From NCBI GenBank assembly GCA_910585065.1, contig CAJUCG010000001.1, forward strand, positions 1-61,128: DNA of 61,128 nucleotides, in the 5' to 3' direction. A model generated the notes under the pieces. The model was not told the DNA's origin, did not search any database, and saw only the letters and a program-made list of their open reading frames with translations. Positions 32,407 to 41,863 of this stretch are shown piece by piece; the first letter of the stretch is position 1, and every line of letters begins with the position of its first letter. This DNA is from an uncultured Lachnospiraceae bacterium (lineage in GTDB: Bacteria; Bacillota; Clostridia; Lachnospirales; Lachnospiraceae). The translations under genes were made by a program, and so were the position numbers.

Positions 32407-33687
32407 TTACTTGTCCTTTATAATTTCTGTTACCCGGATGCCGAATGCCTCCTCAATAACGACAACCTCACCCCTGGCAACATACTTTCCATTGACCAGC
32501 ACATCGATTGGTTCCCCTGCCAGTCTACTTAATTCTATGATAGTTCCCGGTGCAAAGTCAAGTATTTCTTTTATCGACTTGCTTGTTCTTCCGAGTTCTA
32601 CCGTAACCTCAAGCGGCACATCGAGCAAAAGATCGATATGTTCTGTCTGCAATAGAGGGCTTGGCTGCATCATAAACGGCTGAAATTGTGCTGGTGCGAT
32701 GTTGACTTCCTGCTGTGGCATCATCATGCCATTCATCCCCATCATCTGCTGTGACGACATTCCCTGTGACATCATGCCGTTTGGCATCATTTGCATACCT
32801 GTCATCTGCTGCTGTGGCATTCCCATACCGTTCATCCCCATCATTTGCATACCACCCATCTGCTGTGGCATTCCCATGCCATTCATTCCCGTCTGCTGGG
32901 ACATATCTGGAGCAGTCGTCTGCTGTTCCGGTGAGTTGTTGAGTGCCTCCACCTGTGCATCGTCCACGCCGGTGTATTTCATAAATTTCCGGCACAGATC
33001 TCTTGCGAAGTCAAACGGATAAAGCTGCATTAACTCGCTGTCGATCAGATTGCCGATCTCCATGCGAAAGGACACCTTCACGAATTTTCCCTTCAGAAAC
33101 TCCGCCACATCCGCCCCGTTTAAGACTTCTTGTAAATCCACTAACTCCGCACTTGGCGGGCTGATATCCACCTTCTGTTCAAGCATGGAGGAGATGGAAG
33201 TCGCGGCGGAACCCATCATCTGGTTCATCGCTTCGCTGATCGCACTCAAATGCAGTTCAGTAAGATCCCCCTCCGTGTTGGTGCCGTCTCCGCCCATCAT
33301 CAAGTCCGTAATAATCTTTACGTCGCTCTCCTTTAACACAAGGATGTTATTACCATCCAACCCCTCTTTATAACAAATCTGAATAAAAACGCACGGTCTG
33401 TCGTAATTCTTGATCAGATCATCCCATGTAGTGTAAGTGACCACCGGCGTTGTAATATTCACTTTCTGATTTACCAGAGAAAAAAGAGTTGTTGCCGCAG
33501 TTCCCATACTGATATTGGAAACTTCCCCGACCGCGTCTTTCTCCACATCATTTAACTCTTCGTCCGCGTTTGGTATCACTCTTGCCGAAGCCGGGGTACT
33601 TTCTTCTGGTTCTGGGGTTCCCGCTCCCGAAGTGTCCATCCCCGCAAGCAAGGCGTTGATCTCTTCTTGCGATAACATTCCATCCAT
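32407..33687 (-). CDS. fliY: Flagellar switch protein FliY (CheC-like domain plus FliN C-terminal domain) with a Met/Gln/Gly-rich linker
   Basis: AVGEVSNISMGTAAT and AISEAMNQMMGSAAT CheC-type motifs. The C-terminal LDVPLEVTVELGRT...IDVLVNGKYVARGEVVV is FliN. Confidence 0.85.
   Translation of the reverse strand: MDGMLSQEEINALLAGMDTSGAGTPEPEESTPASARVIPNADEELNDVEKDAVGEVSNISMGTAATTLFSLVNQKVNITTPVVTYTTWDDLIKNYDRPCVFIQICYKEGLDGNNILVLKESDVKIITDLMMGGDGTNTEGDLTELHLSAISEAMNQMMGSAATSISSMLEQKVDISPPSAELVDLQEVLNGADVAEFLKGKFVKVSFRMEIGNLIDSELMQLYPFDFARDLCRKFMKYTGVDDAQVEALNNSPEQQTTAPDMSQQTGMNGMGMPQQMGGMQMMGMNGMGMPQQQMTGMQMMPNGMMSQGMSSQQMMGMNGMMMPQQEVNIAPAQFQPFMMQPSPLLQTEHIDLLLDVPLEVTVELGRTSKSIKEILDFAPGTIIELSRLAGEPIDVLVNGKYVARGEVVVIEEAFGIRVTEIIKDK
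32700..32905 (-). repeat. Imperfect in-frame tandem repeats encoding GMNGMGMPQQ-type units
   Basis: Plus-strand CTGCTGTGGCATTCCCAT(A/G)CC(G/A)TTCAT(C/T)CCC occurs twice, surrounded by further degenerate copies. Confidence 0.6.
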
Positions 33688-33694
33688 GGCGCTC

Positions 33695-34675
33695 CTACTC
33701 CTCCTCTCTTATAATTGTTGATATCTTCACTGCGTAGGCATCCGAGGACGAACCCGGCAATGCAGTAAATTTTTTGATATTTCCGACATAGACACTCAAT
33801 TCATCTTCTACTTTTGAATTGAGTTTGATAATGTCGCCTTTCTGCATATTTAACAGATCGTTTAATGAGATGGTACTCTTGCCGAGTACCGCGCGTACCG
33901 GCACCCTGGCTCTCGCGATCATCACCTCGATCACATCCCGGTAACTTGCATCGTCCATCGTCTGCATGGAGGCGTACCAGAACTTGGTATTTAGTTTGTC
34001 AATTACATCCTCGACGCAGCTATACGGAATGCAGACATTCATCATGCCTTCCACCACACCGATCCTAACATTCATCGTAACGATGGCCGCCATCTCGGAA
34101 GGCTGTATAATCTGCGCGAATTGCGAGTTTGTTTCAATGCGCGTCAGACGCGGCTCGACGTGCACAACATTCACCCACGGCTCCGGCAACAAATTTGTGA
34201 TTACATTGTAGATGCGCTCAATAATGGCAAGCTCAATCTCTGTGAAATCTCTTGATTTTTCCAGAGGATTTCCCTCACCTCCAAGCATTCTGTCTACAAT
34301 CGCATATCCAAGATTCTGTGCAAGTTCAATAATAATACTTCCCTCAAGTGGCGAGAAGTCCACAATCCCAAGCAGAACCGGATTGGACAGCGCGTTTGTA
34401 AACTCTTGGTAGATAACCGCCTCCGAGTTCATCACCTCCACATTCACATTTTTGCGAAGGTAGCCCGGCAGATTGGTCGAAAGCAATCGTCCGAAATGCT
34501 CAAAAATATTTTCAAGTGTTCTTAAATGCTCTTTGGAGAATTTTGACGGGCGTTCGAAATCATAGTTTTTTACTGATTTCGCACCGTCCTCCTTAAATTC
34601 ATCCGCGTCGAGTTCACCGCTGCTTAGCGCATGGAGCAGTTGGTCAATCTCATTTTGTGTTAAGATGTCGCCCAT
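33695..34675 (-). CDS. fliM: Flagellar switch protein FliM
   Basis: N-terminal LTQNEIDQLL (CheY-P binding motif) followed by the FliM core. Confidence 0.9.
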   Translation of the reverse strand: MGDILTQNEIDQLLHALSSGELDADEFKEDGAKSVKNYDFERPSKFSKEHLRTLENIFEHFGRLLSTNLPGYLRKNVNVEVMNSEAVIYQEFTNALSNPVLLGIVDFSPLEGSIIIELAQNLGYAIVDRMLGGEGNPLEKSRDFTEIELAIIERIYNVITNLLPEPWVNVVHVEPRLTRIETNSQFAQIIQPSEMAAIVTMNVRIGVVEGMMNVCIPYSCVEDVIDKLNTKFWYASMQTMDDASYRDVIEVMIARARVPVRAVLGKSTISLNDLLNMQKGDIIKLNSKVEDELSVYVGNIKKFTALPGSSSDAYAVKISTIIREEE

Positions 34676-34722
34676 ACCTGACCTCTATTCTTTCTGAAAT
34701 TTATCCGTTAAAACTGTCTGTC

Positions 34723-35238
34723 TTAGTTTCCCATATACACAGCGAAATCAAGACGATAAATACACTCTGTATCGAATTCCTCCTGCAATAATTTGAGGAT
34801 CTCTTCTTTTACTAGGTCTTTGCTCTCCTTGTAGTTATCATAGGTTAAATCGCTGATCGAATTCTGAATAATTTCCTTGATGCGCGCGTTTTGTGCCTCG
34901 ATTAACGGCTGCACCGTCTTGTAATCCTTCGCCTTTGTATTTAAAACTACCGAGGCGGTAAGCGAAAGGTAATGCATTTTGCCGTCCTCACCCCTAGCAA
35001 GCTGAATCGTCATATTGTCCGCCACGGAGATCGGTTCAAGATCAGTTACTGGAATTTCCTCTTCCTTCTCCGTCGGAAGCGGCGATTCAAGCTCCAAATC
35101 TATGAGTTGACAAATTTTGGAAATCATGTCATTCATCTTCTGGGCATTCGGCAGGTATACAAAAAGCATTACTCCGCACAGCGTCAAGTTCACGAGCGTT
35201 GCCGCCAAGATAATTACTGTCAATATATTCTTCTTCAT
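34723..35238 (-). CDS. fliL: Flagellar basal-body protein FliL
   Basis: Single TM helix plus a FliL-like periplasmic domain, in the position before fliM. Confidence 0.8.
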   Translation of the reverse strand: MKKNILTVIILAATLVNLTLCGVMLFVYLPNAQKMNDMISKICQLIDLELESPLPTEKEEEIPVTDLEPISVADNMTIQLARGEDGKMHYLSLTASVVLNTKAKDYKTVQPLIEAQNARIKEIIQNSISDLTYDNYKESKDLVKEEILKLLQEEFDTECIYRLDFAVYMGN

Positions 35239-35250
35239 TTCATACCTCCA

Positions 35251-36102
35251 TCAATCTGAATTTAAGGAATTGTAGATCCTTATTTCAATTCTTCGGTTCT
35301 GCGTCCGGCCGGCCTCCGTCGAATTGTCCGCAATTGGAACATTCTCTCCCTTTCCTACCCACTCAATCTTCGTCTTATCAATGCCCTTGTTGTCAATCAG
35401 GTATTTTGCTGCTACACTGGCTCTCGCCGAAGAAAGTTCCATGTTGCTGTCATATTTGCCGCCTTTTTGCACTGGCACATTGTCCGTATGCCCAATCACG
35501 GCAATTCGGTAGCCGTTGTAATTCTTTAAGATATCGCCAACTCTGGAGAAAATCGGCAGCGCATCCTTTGTCAGCTGCGCGCTTCCGGATGGATAGAGGT
35601 AATTTCCGCTGATCTCTATCGTGATGTACCTTCCTCCTGCCTCATCTATGCCAATATCCACATAGCCATCTAAATTGTAGTCGCTGCTCATCTCTGAAAC
35701 TTCGTCATAAATCTGCTCTGACTCCTCGCGGTTTGCCTCCTCTACTGCGTCCCCGATACGATCATAAGGGTCTTCCCCCTCCTTATCCTCCGCAGTTTCC
35801 CCCATACTGTTGATGTACTCATCAATCTGGGTTAGCTGTGAAGCACCGGTGCTGATCAGCTGTCCCTCCCCAATGGAGGAGGCTCCCCCGGTAAAAATAT
35901 TTAATCGGCTGGAAAGCACATTTGCTAATTCTTCAAGCTTTGCTTCGTCAATACTTGACATCGCGAAGAGAAGGACGAAGAAACATAGAAGGAGGTTCAT
36001 CAAGTCGGAGAATGTTGCCATCCACGGCGCGGGCGTTCCGGCTGGAACGCCACCCTCTTCTTTTTTCTTTCTAGCCAACGTCCTCACCACCTTCACTTGC
36101 AC
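35251..36102 (-). CDS. motB: Stator protein MotB (OmpA-like C-terminus). The start is a non-ATG codon in the 36084..36102 region and overlaps the motA 3' end.
   Basis: WMATFSDLMNLLLCFFVLLFAMS plug/TM region with the conserved Asp. The C-terminal GHTDNVP...SNMELSSARA...NRRIEI is an OmpA-type PG-binding motif. Confidence 0.85.
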   Translation of the reverse strand: MQVKVVRTLARKKKEEGGVPAGTPAPWMATFSDLMNLLLCFFVLLFAMSSIDEAKLEELANVLSSRLNIFTGGASSIGEGQLISTGASQLTQIDEYINSMGETAEDKEGEDPYDRIGDAVEEANREESEQIYDEVSEMSSDYNLDGYVDIGIDEAGGRYITIEISGNYLYPSGSAQLTKDALPIFSRVGDILKNYNGYRIAVIGHTDNVPVQKGGKYDSNMELSSARASVAAKYLIDNKGIDKTKIEWVGKGENVPIADNSTEAGRTQNRRIEIRIYNSLNSD

Positions 36103-36871
36103 TTAATTCTTCTCTGCGGTTCGGCGCGAGGAAGGACTTTAATTTCTCCTCAATAACGCGAGGATTCTCACCCGCCTGGATCGAGAGCAGGCCTTCGACT
36201 AGGATCTCCTTTTGCTTTAGCTCTGCTCCATCGTTTTCCTTTAGTTTGTTTGCAACCGGAGTACAGATCCAGTTTGCAAGCAGTGAACCGTACAGTGTCG
36301 TAATCAACGCGATCGCCATGTTCGGACCTACAGTTGCCATATCCTGCAGTTTTCCGAGCATATTGATAAGTCCAATCAGGGTACCGATCATACCCCAGGC
36401 AGGACCTGCGGCGGCAAGTGCTTCCCAGAAACCAATATTTGCCTTGTGCCGCTCCTCGATACTGGAAAGTTCTGTCTCCAAAATGCTTCGGACAAGCTCC
36501 GGGTCAGTACCGTCAACGATTAAGAGCAACCCTTTTTTCATAAAAGCATCATCCATGCCGTTCGCCATCTCTTCAAGCTGCAAAAGACCGTCCTTGCGGG
36601 CGACATTTGAGAGCTGAATAACCGTCTGGATCGTTTCGAGTTCATTGATCGTATGTACTTTGAAAATCAAACCCATTGATTTGAGTCTCTGGATAAACAC
36701 CGGGATGGACGACTGCGTTACCATAATACCCATGAACGCACCGCCGAATGTAATAAGCGCGGACTGAAAATCCAAAAACCCCAACATTGCACCGAAACCA
36801 TCCTTCGCTACAATACCATAAACAACCAATACTGCGGCCATTAAAAGACCAACCAAAGAAGCTATGTCCAT
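36071..36871 (-). CDS. motA: Stator protein MotA
   Basis: Four TM helices and the AAGPAWGMIGTLIGLI...ALITTLYG motif. Confidence 0.9.
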   Translation of the reverse strand: MDIASLVGLLMAAVLVVYGIVAKDGFGAMLGFLDFQSALITFGGAFMGIMVTQSSIPVFIQRLKSMGLIFKVHTINELETIQTVIQLSNVARKDGLLQLEEMANGMDDAFMKKGLLLIVDGTDPELVRSILETELSSIEERHKANIGFWEALAAAGPAWGMIGTLIGLINMLGKLQDMATVGPNMAIALITTLYGSLLANWICTPVANKLKENDGAELKQKEILVEGLLSIQAGENPRVIEEKLKSFLAPNRREELSASEGGEDVG

Positions 36872-36900
36872 TTTTCCACCTCAAGTCCTTTTCGTAAAAT

Positions 36901-37104
36901 TTATGTTTCCTTTTCCACGGTCGGATTTAATAATTCCATTCTATATAATATTACTAAATTTTTCACCTTTTGTCTACTTTCTTTTACAAATAATTTTTTT
37001 CCATTTGTAAAAGTGATCACAGTTTCGGGAACTTCCTCGATCATTTCGATCAAATCCGCATTCACAGTTACTTTCTCATCATTTAATTTTGTAACTTCAA
37101 TCAT
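36901..37104 (-). CDS. flbD: Flagellar protein FlbD
   Basis: MIEVTKLNDEKVTVNADLIEMIEEVPETVITFTNGKKLFVKES. Confidence 0.85.
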   Translation of the reverse strand: MIEVTKLNDEKVTVNADLIEMIEEVPETVITFTNGKKLFVKESRQKVKNLVILYRMELLNPTVEKET

Positions 37105-37226
37105 GTTCCACCCCCCGACTGCGGCGATTATTTGTAATTTTTTTACATTTCTGCATAAAAGCCCCGGTTGATTTTTCCTTCCATCTTAGACTTTTTTATC
37201 CCCTTTTCCCCTCTTTACAAAATTCT

Positions 37227-37294
37227 CTGGCAGTTTTTACACTGCCAGGGAAATCCCTGCGGCATATCGATGCTAAATTCATGCCACAGGGATT
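37227..37294 (-). terminator. Tandem hairpins just after flgE (candidate partial terminator or stabiliser)
   Basis: AAUCCCUGUGGCAU...AUGCCGCAGGGAUU (37294..37252), then CUGGCAGU-GUAAAA-ACUGCCAG (37248..37227) followed by AGAAUUUUG. Confidence 0.4.
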
Positions 37295-37300
37295 CTTTTA

Positions 37301-38782
37301 TTAACGTTTCAGATTGATCAGCTCTTCAAGCAATGTATCCGAGGTTGTAATAATACGGGAGTTTGCCTGAAATCCTCTCTGTGTAATAATCATATCGGTA
37401 AATTCGTTTGCCAGATCGACATTGGACATCTCAATAACACCCGGATTGAACTTGCCGCCCGTGGTCAAGATATCCTTGCCAATGCCATCAAAACTGCCGG
37501 AGTTCTGTGTGGTCGCAAACATATTATTTCCGATCGCCTCAAGACCAGCCGCGTTCGGGAAGGTCGCGACAACCACCTGACCTAAAAGATTGGAATCCCC
37601 GTTGTCATAAGAACCATAGATCTTGCCGTACTTGTCAATGCTAAGCCCCGTCATATTGCCGACTGGTTTGCCCGCACCCTCCGCCGCACTTGCCCTAGTT
37701 CCGCGCGCACACTCTAAAGTGGTGGTATCGCTCTGCGAGAACATGGTCAGGGCGGAGAAATCGATATTGATCCGCTTAAATGGAGTGCCCTCTGTATCAC
37801 CAGCAAGATCAAAGGTAAGAGATGGATTTGTCGCCTCATCAAAAAATTCGCCTGCCGCATCCGCATCCCCAGTAATGCTCTGAAAATGTCCAGTTATAGA
37901 ATCAAAGGTTAAAACAGCCGCTTCCATCTCAATTGTGACTTCCCCTGTTTCCTCATCCACTTCTACGGTCTGCCCCTGACCATTAAAATTAAATCCGGTA
38001 AGCGTGCTAGGCTGATAGGTAATAACCCCATCCTCCTCCACCTCATCTACAAAGACAGACTTTCCTCTCTCGTCATAGACATTTTTTATCGTAACATCAT
38101 ACGTATTTGTAGTTTCAGCCTCTGCCTGATGCTTAATATTAAATTCCACCGTAAACAGGTTTCCGAGATTGTCGTAGAACTGCACATTAGCCACGCGCCC
38201 TGCTGCATCCGCTGCAAGCTGCGTATCATTCATATCGATATTCCCGGTTACATTACACTGTGTTGTCGCCTCAGGATTTGAGAACATCTTATCCGGGGAC
38301 ATTACCCGAAGTGCGGATACGGTATCCGACTTACATTTCGACGGATCGTCCTCGCTTACCTGCCAGCCCATAACTAACGCGCCGGACGGCGTGCAGAGAT
38401 TTCCGTTGGCATCGACATTAAATGAACCCGCCTTGGTAAAATAGTTTGTGCCGTTGCTCTGCACAACAAAGAACCCGTCGCCCTCAATCATAAGGTCGGA
38501 CCAGCCGTCCGTGCGCTGCGATCCGCCCGTGCCCGTAATATTTGTTGTGATGGAGGCAAGGTTCGCGCCAAGACCAATCTGCATTGCGTTGATACCTGCT
38601 GTCCCCATCGCATCGTTCGGTCCGCTCGCCGGTTTCGATGTCTGATAGAGAATATCTGAGAATGTTACCGTGCTACTCTTAAACCCAACGGTATTTACGT
38701 TCGCGATATTGTTACCAATTACATCCATCCTTGTCTGATGTACTCTAAGACCTGATACACCAGAATACAATGATCTCATCAT
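37301..38782 (-). CDS. flgE: Flagellar hook protein FlgE
   Basis: MMRSLYSGVSGLRVHQTRMDVIGNNIANVNTVGFK N-terminus and a C-terminal MIITQRGFQANSRIITTSDTLLEELINLKR. Confidence 0.9.
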   Translation of the reverse strand: MMRSLYSGVSGLRVHQTRMDVIGNNIANVNTVGFKSSTVTFSDILYQTSKPASGPNDAMGTAGINAMQIGLGANLASITTNITGTGGSQRTDGWSDLMIEGDGFFVVQSNGTNYFTKAGSFNVDANGNLCTPSGALVMGWQVSEDDPSKCKSDTVSALRVMSPDKMFSNPEATTQCNVTGNIDMNDTQLAADAAGRVANVQFYDNLGNLFTVEFNIKHQAEAETTNTYDVTIKNVYDERGKSVFVDEVEEDGVITYQPSTLTGFNFNGQGQTVEVDEETGEVTIEMEAAVLTFDSITGHFQSITGDADAAGEFFDEATNPSLTFDLAGDTEGTPFKRINIDFSALTMFSQSDTTTLECARGTRASAAEGAGKPVGNMTGLSIDKYGKIYGSYDNGDSNLLGQVVVATFPNAAGLEAIGNNMFATTQNSGSFDGIGKDILTTGGKFNPGVIEMSNVDLANEFTDMIITQRGFQANSRIITTSDTLLEELINLKR

Positions 38783-38861
38783 AGTAAAATGACCTCCTTA
38801 TTTTACGTTCCCCGACCTCTGTCATTCAGCCGGGAACCGCCCCCTTTTGTGGTCCGGCGGT

Positions 38862-39269
38862 TTAGCCTATCACTGCTCCATCAATATTGGTAAATACTTT
38901 GTCGTCGCCCCCTGCCACCGCAGTGACCACGATATTATTTCTTGTATTTACAATAAATGCATAACTGTCCACCATAACAAGCGACTCCACAATTCCCTTT
39001 TGCTGTGCCTTTGCCGCACCGGCAAAAAGCCGCTTTACCTGTTCCTCGGACAGATCAATGCTCCGATCCAAAAGCCTCTCATTCGCGTGCTTTGAAAAGC
39101 GCAGCGGACTTGCCTCGGTTTCTAAATTTTTCCTCTCCTGCTTTTGACGCAGCAGGATATTTTCAAAAGAATCCTGTACTGCCCTGCCCCCCGAAGTCTT
39201 TCCTGCCGGTTGGCAAAGTTTGCTCGTCATTTGTTCGATGGAAGAAAAGCTGTTCTTTATCTGATTCAT
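38862..39269 (-). CDS. TIGR02530-type flagellar operon protein
   Basis: FSKHANERLLDRSIDLSEEQ...VMVDSYAFIVNTRNNIVVTAV. The ATG at 39269 follows GGGAGG. Confidence 0.7.
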   Translation of the reverse strand: MNQIKNSFSSIEQMTSKLCQPAGKTSGGRAVQDSFENILLRQKQERKNLETEASPLRFSKHANERLLDRSIDLSEEQVKRLFAGAAKAQQKGIVESLVMVDSYAFIVNTRNNIVVTAVAGGDDKVFTNIDGAVIG

Positions 39270-39324
39270 CGCATTTGCCTCCCTCATAAAAGAAAAAACT
39301 TCCTGACGCTTATCTGCTTCTTAA

Positions 39325-40167
39325 TTACTCTTCGGTCTTATCCGTTTTGTCTGTTTTGTCTTTGTCCCCTTCCGTCTTATCTCCCTCGGTCTTATCGGTA
39401 TCATTCGGCTTTACTTCCTCCGGCTTTACCTTGGAATTTACAATCTCCACGGAAATCTTATCCTCAATCGTCGTATAATCGTTGTCGTTAAAGACTACTG
39501 CAACCGCATATGATCCGTTTGGCAGATCGGCAAACGCACCGCCAAAAATTGTAAGTTTATTGCCGTCCAGCTTGAAATTCGAAGGATCAATCAATTTCTT
39601 GTTGATGACTAATGCTACCTCGTCCGCCGCGTACTCATCCTCACCAAGATTTACCTCAACAATACTTGCTGACGGCTTATCTGCATCATACTTAAACTTG
39701 TAGCTCTTGTCGATGGACGGAGCGCAGACATTCTTTACATAGCTCTCATCCATAACCGCATACAGATCATCAATATCATAGAGCTTCCCATTGACATAGA
39801 TCTGCACAGTCGTTCCGGAGGCATTGACATACTGCACTTTCCCCGCTACCTGTGTTTCCTTGCCTGTGGAATCCTCCGAGTTGACAATAACATCCTTGCC
39901 AATCAGCGAGAACGCCTGGGACTTCTCATAGGAAGCATTCAAATTCTGCATCTGCTCAAGCTGCGAGAAAGTCGCGAGCTGTGATACAAACTCCGTATCA
40001 TCCTGTGGGTTTAACGGATCCTGATTCTGGATCTGACAGACAAGAAGCTGCAAAAATGCATCTTTGCCAAGTTCTGATGTCCCCTTGGTCTCCTTCTTTG
40101 TGGTCGTGATCGCATTGTTCGCATCCTGCAATACACCATTTACTACTTTTCCAACTAATTCCGCCAT
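39325..40167 (-). CDS. flgD: Hook assembly/capping protein FlgD with an extra Ig-like C-terminal domain and a KTEGD/KTD repeat tail
   Basis: LGKDAFLQLLVCQIQNQDPLNP FlgD motif. Confidence 0.85.
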   Translation of the reverse strand: MAELVGKVVNGVLQDANNAITTTKKETKGTSELGKDAFLQLLVCQIQNQDPLNPQDDTEFVSQLATFSQLEQMQNLNASYEKSQAFSLIGKDVIVNSEDSTGKETQVAGKVQYVNASGTTVQIYVNGKLYDIDDLYAVMDESYVKNVCAPSIDKSYKFKYDADKPSASIVEVNLGEDEYAADEVALVINKKLIDPSNFKLDGNKLTIFGGAFADLPNGSYAVAVVFNDNDYTTIEDKISVEIVNSKVKPEEVKPNDTDKTEGDKTEGDKDKTDKTDKTEE

Positions 40168-40183
40168 AATTTCCTCCTTTCTG

Positions 40184-41773
40184 CTATGCCGTGTAGTCTA
40201 CCTGGTTTCCACTTCGCTCCATCAGATCAGCAGCGATCTGCTCTGCTTCCGACATCCCCTGCGGCAAGCCACCATCATTTATGGACTCGTCAAAGCGAAG
40301 ACCTCTTCTGCCTCTCTGTCTGTTCTCCTGGCCACCATTATTTGCCGCGGCACCGCCGTTTTGGGTAAAATCAAAATTGGAAACTGTCACTTCGATCGCC
40401 TCAACCTTAAGTCCCTGGCTCTCCAAATTTTCGCGAAGCACCACCATCTGGCTTTGGATCGCTTCTTTTGCCACCTCATTCTGCGCCGTAAAATGCGCGG
40501 TCAGTGCCCCATGTCTTGAGACGAGGTTTAGGGTTACTCTCCCAAGGCTTTCCGGCGTTAAAGAAATCTCCATCGAAGTCTGCTTATCACTTAATACCAC
40601 ACGCACCTTCTCCAAGATCTGATCTGCCACCGCCCGAACCTGCTCAGCTTTTGAGAGCTGTGCAAACTCTGCCTCGTCCGTCTTCGCCGCATCCGCAACG
40701 AAATTTAAGAATTGATCTCCCAGTGTGGCTTGACCCGGCTTCACATCACTTCTCGTCCCATGACTGTCAGTATGATCGGAAAGACTCTCTTTTGCTGCCT
40801 CCCCGCTCTCTCTTACCGCTTCAAAAGTAAATCCTGTCTCCTTTTGCCCCTGCACCTCTCCCTTTAGCATATCATCGCCAAGTTCTTTCTCTGATTGTTT
40901 CCCAGTATTTTCCACTTTGGTTTCCACAACCTTTTCGTCCGGATTTGCGGTTTTTGCCAGAACTTGTGCAAAATCCGATTCCTCCGCATCTCCAGCGGCC
41001 TTTTGTGACAGGAGAGCATCCTCTTCTCCCAGTTTAGGAATTTCCACCGTCTGGGAAAGTTCTGAGAGATCAGTTTGAATTTCCTCCGCCTTTGCAAGCA
41101 AATCCTTCAGAGTATTCATTGCGGACTCATTGGTCAGCAGTCCCATCGGATCGCCGCCACATTCTGCGTTTACAACAAGTTGCTGTAAAAGCTGCGGCTG
41201 TAACATCCCCTGCATATTGGTTCCCATCTGCTCTAAGAGTTGTTCTAACTCCTCCTCGTCCATCTGCAGCGAATCCATAATTGCCTGTTTTAACTCGCCG
41301 AGTTTCTGCATCTCCAAAATCTTTGATGCCTCACGAAAAAGTTTTAAGCTTTTGACAAAGCTGGTATCAAGCACCGAATTCTCCCCGGAATCCGAAGACA
41401 CCAGATCCCCAGAAAGCACTGGCTCATCCGGCAGTTCGCCCTCCGGCATATCCCCCGGTTTCTCTCCCTGCTGTACTTTTCCTTCAACTCCCTGTGGATT
41501 CTCTTTTGTTTCCTGCGTCATCTCAGGTGCTTTTGCTACTTCCCTCTCGCTGCCCACATCTTTTGCCGACGATGCATTTGTCGTCTGTGCGCGGCTTTCC
41601 TGCGCGCGCTCCACCTTTGTCTGGGCGGTAGAAGAGACCTTTTTCGAGGAAGCACTCGCGGACATCATATCGGAAAAAGAAGTGCCGCCCGCAGTGCGAT
41701 TGCCTGCGCGTGTCCCCACGGATGCCACTTTTACAGAGCGCGGTCCCGCTACTTGTACTCCTGATGTTGTCAT
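40184..41773 (-). CDS. fliK: Hook-length control protein FliK
   Basis: Long disordered acidic region plus a C-terminal Flg_hook domain (MEISLTPESLGRVTLNL...TAHFTAQNEVAKEAI). Located between ylxF and flgD. Confidence 0.75.
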   Translation of the reverse strand: MTTSGVQVAGPRSVKVASVGTRAGNRTAGGTSFSDMMSASASSKKVSSTAQTKVERAQESRAQTTNASSAKDVGSEREVAKAPEMTQETKENPQGVEGKVQQGEKPGDMPEGELPDEPVLSGDLVSSDSGENSVLDTSFVKSLKLFREASKILEMQKLGELKQAIMDSLQMDEEELEQLLEQMGTNMQGMLQPQLLQQLVVNAECGGDPMGLLTNESAMNTLKDLLAKAEEIQTDLSELSQTVEIPKLGEEDALLSQKAAGDAEESDFAQVLAKTANPDEKVVETKVENTGKQSEKELGDDMLKGEVQGQKETGFTFEAVRESGEAAKESLSDHTDSHGTRSDVKPGQATLGDQFLNFVADAAKTDEAEFAQLSKAEQVRAVADQILEKVRVVLSDKQTSMEISLTPESLGRVTLNLVSRHGALTAHFTAQNEVAKEAIQSQMVVLRENLESQGLKVEAIEVTVSNFDFTQNGGAAANNGGQENRQRGRRGLRFDESINDGGLPQGMSEAEQIAADLMERSGNQVDYTA

Positions 41774-41863
41774 CCCATTCCTCCTTTCAAAAAATGTTTT
41801 GCCTTGTATTTATGAAACGGTTTCCCGGTTTCACCATACCTTAGAAAGGAAATGAACTTCTCC

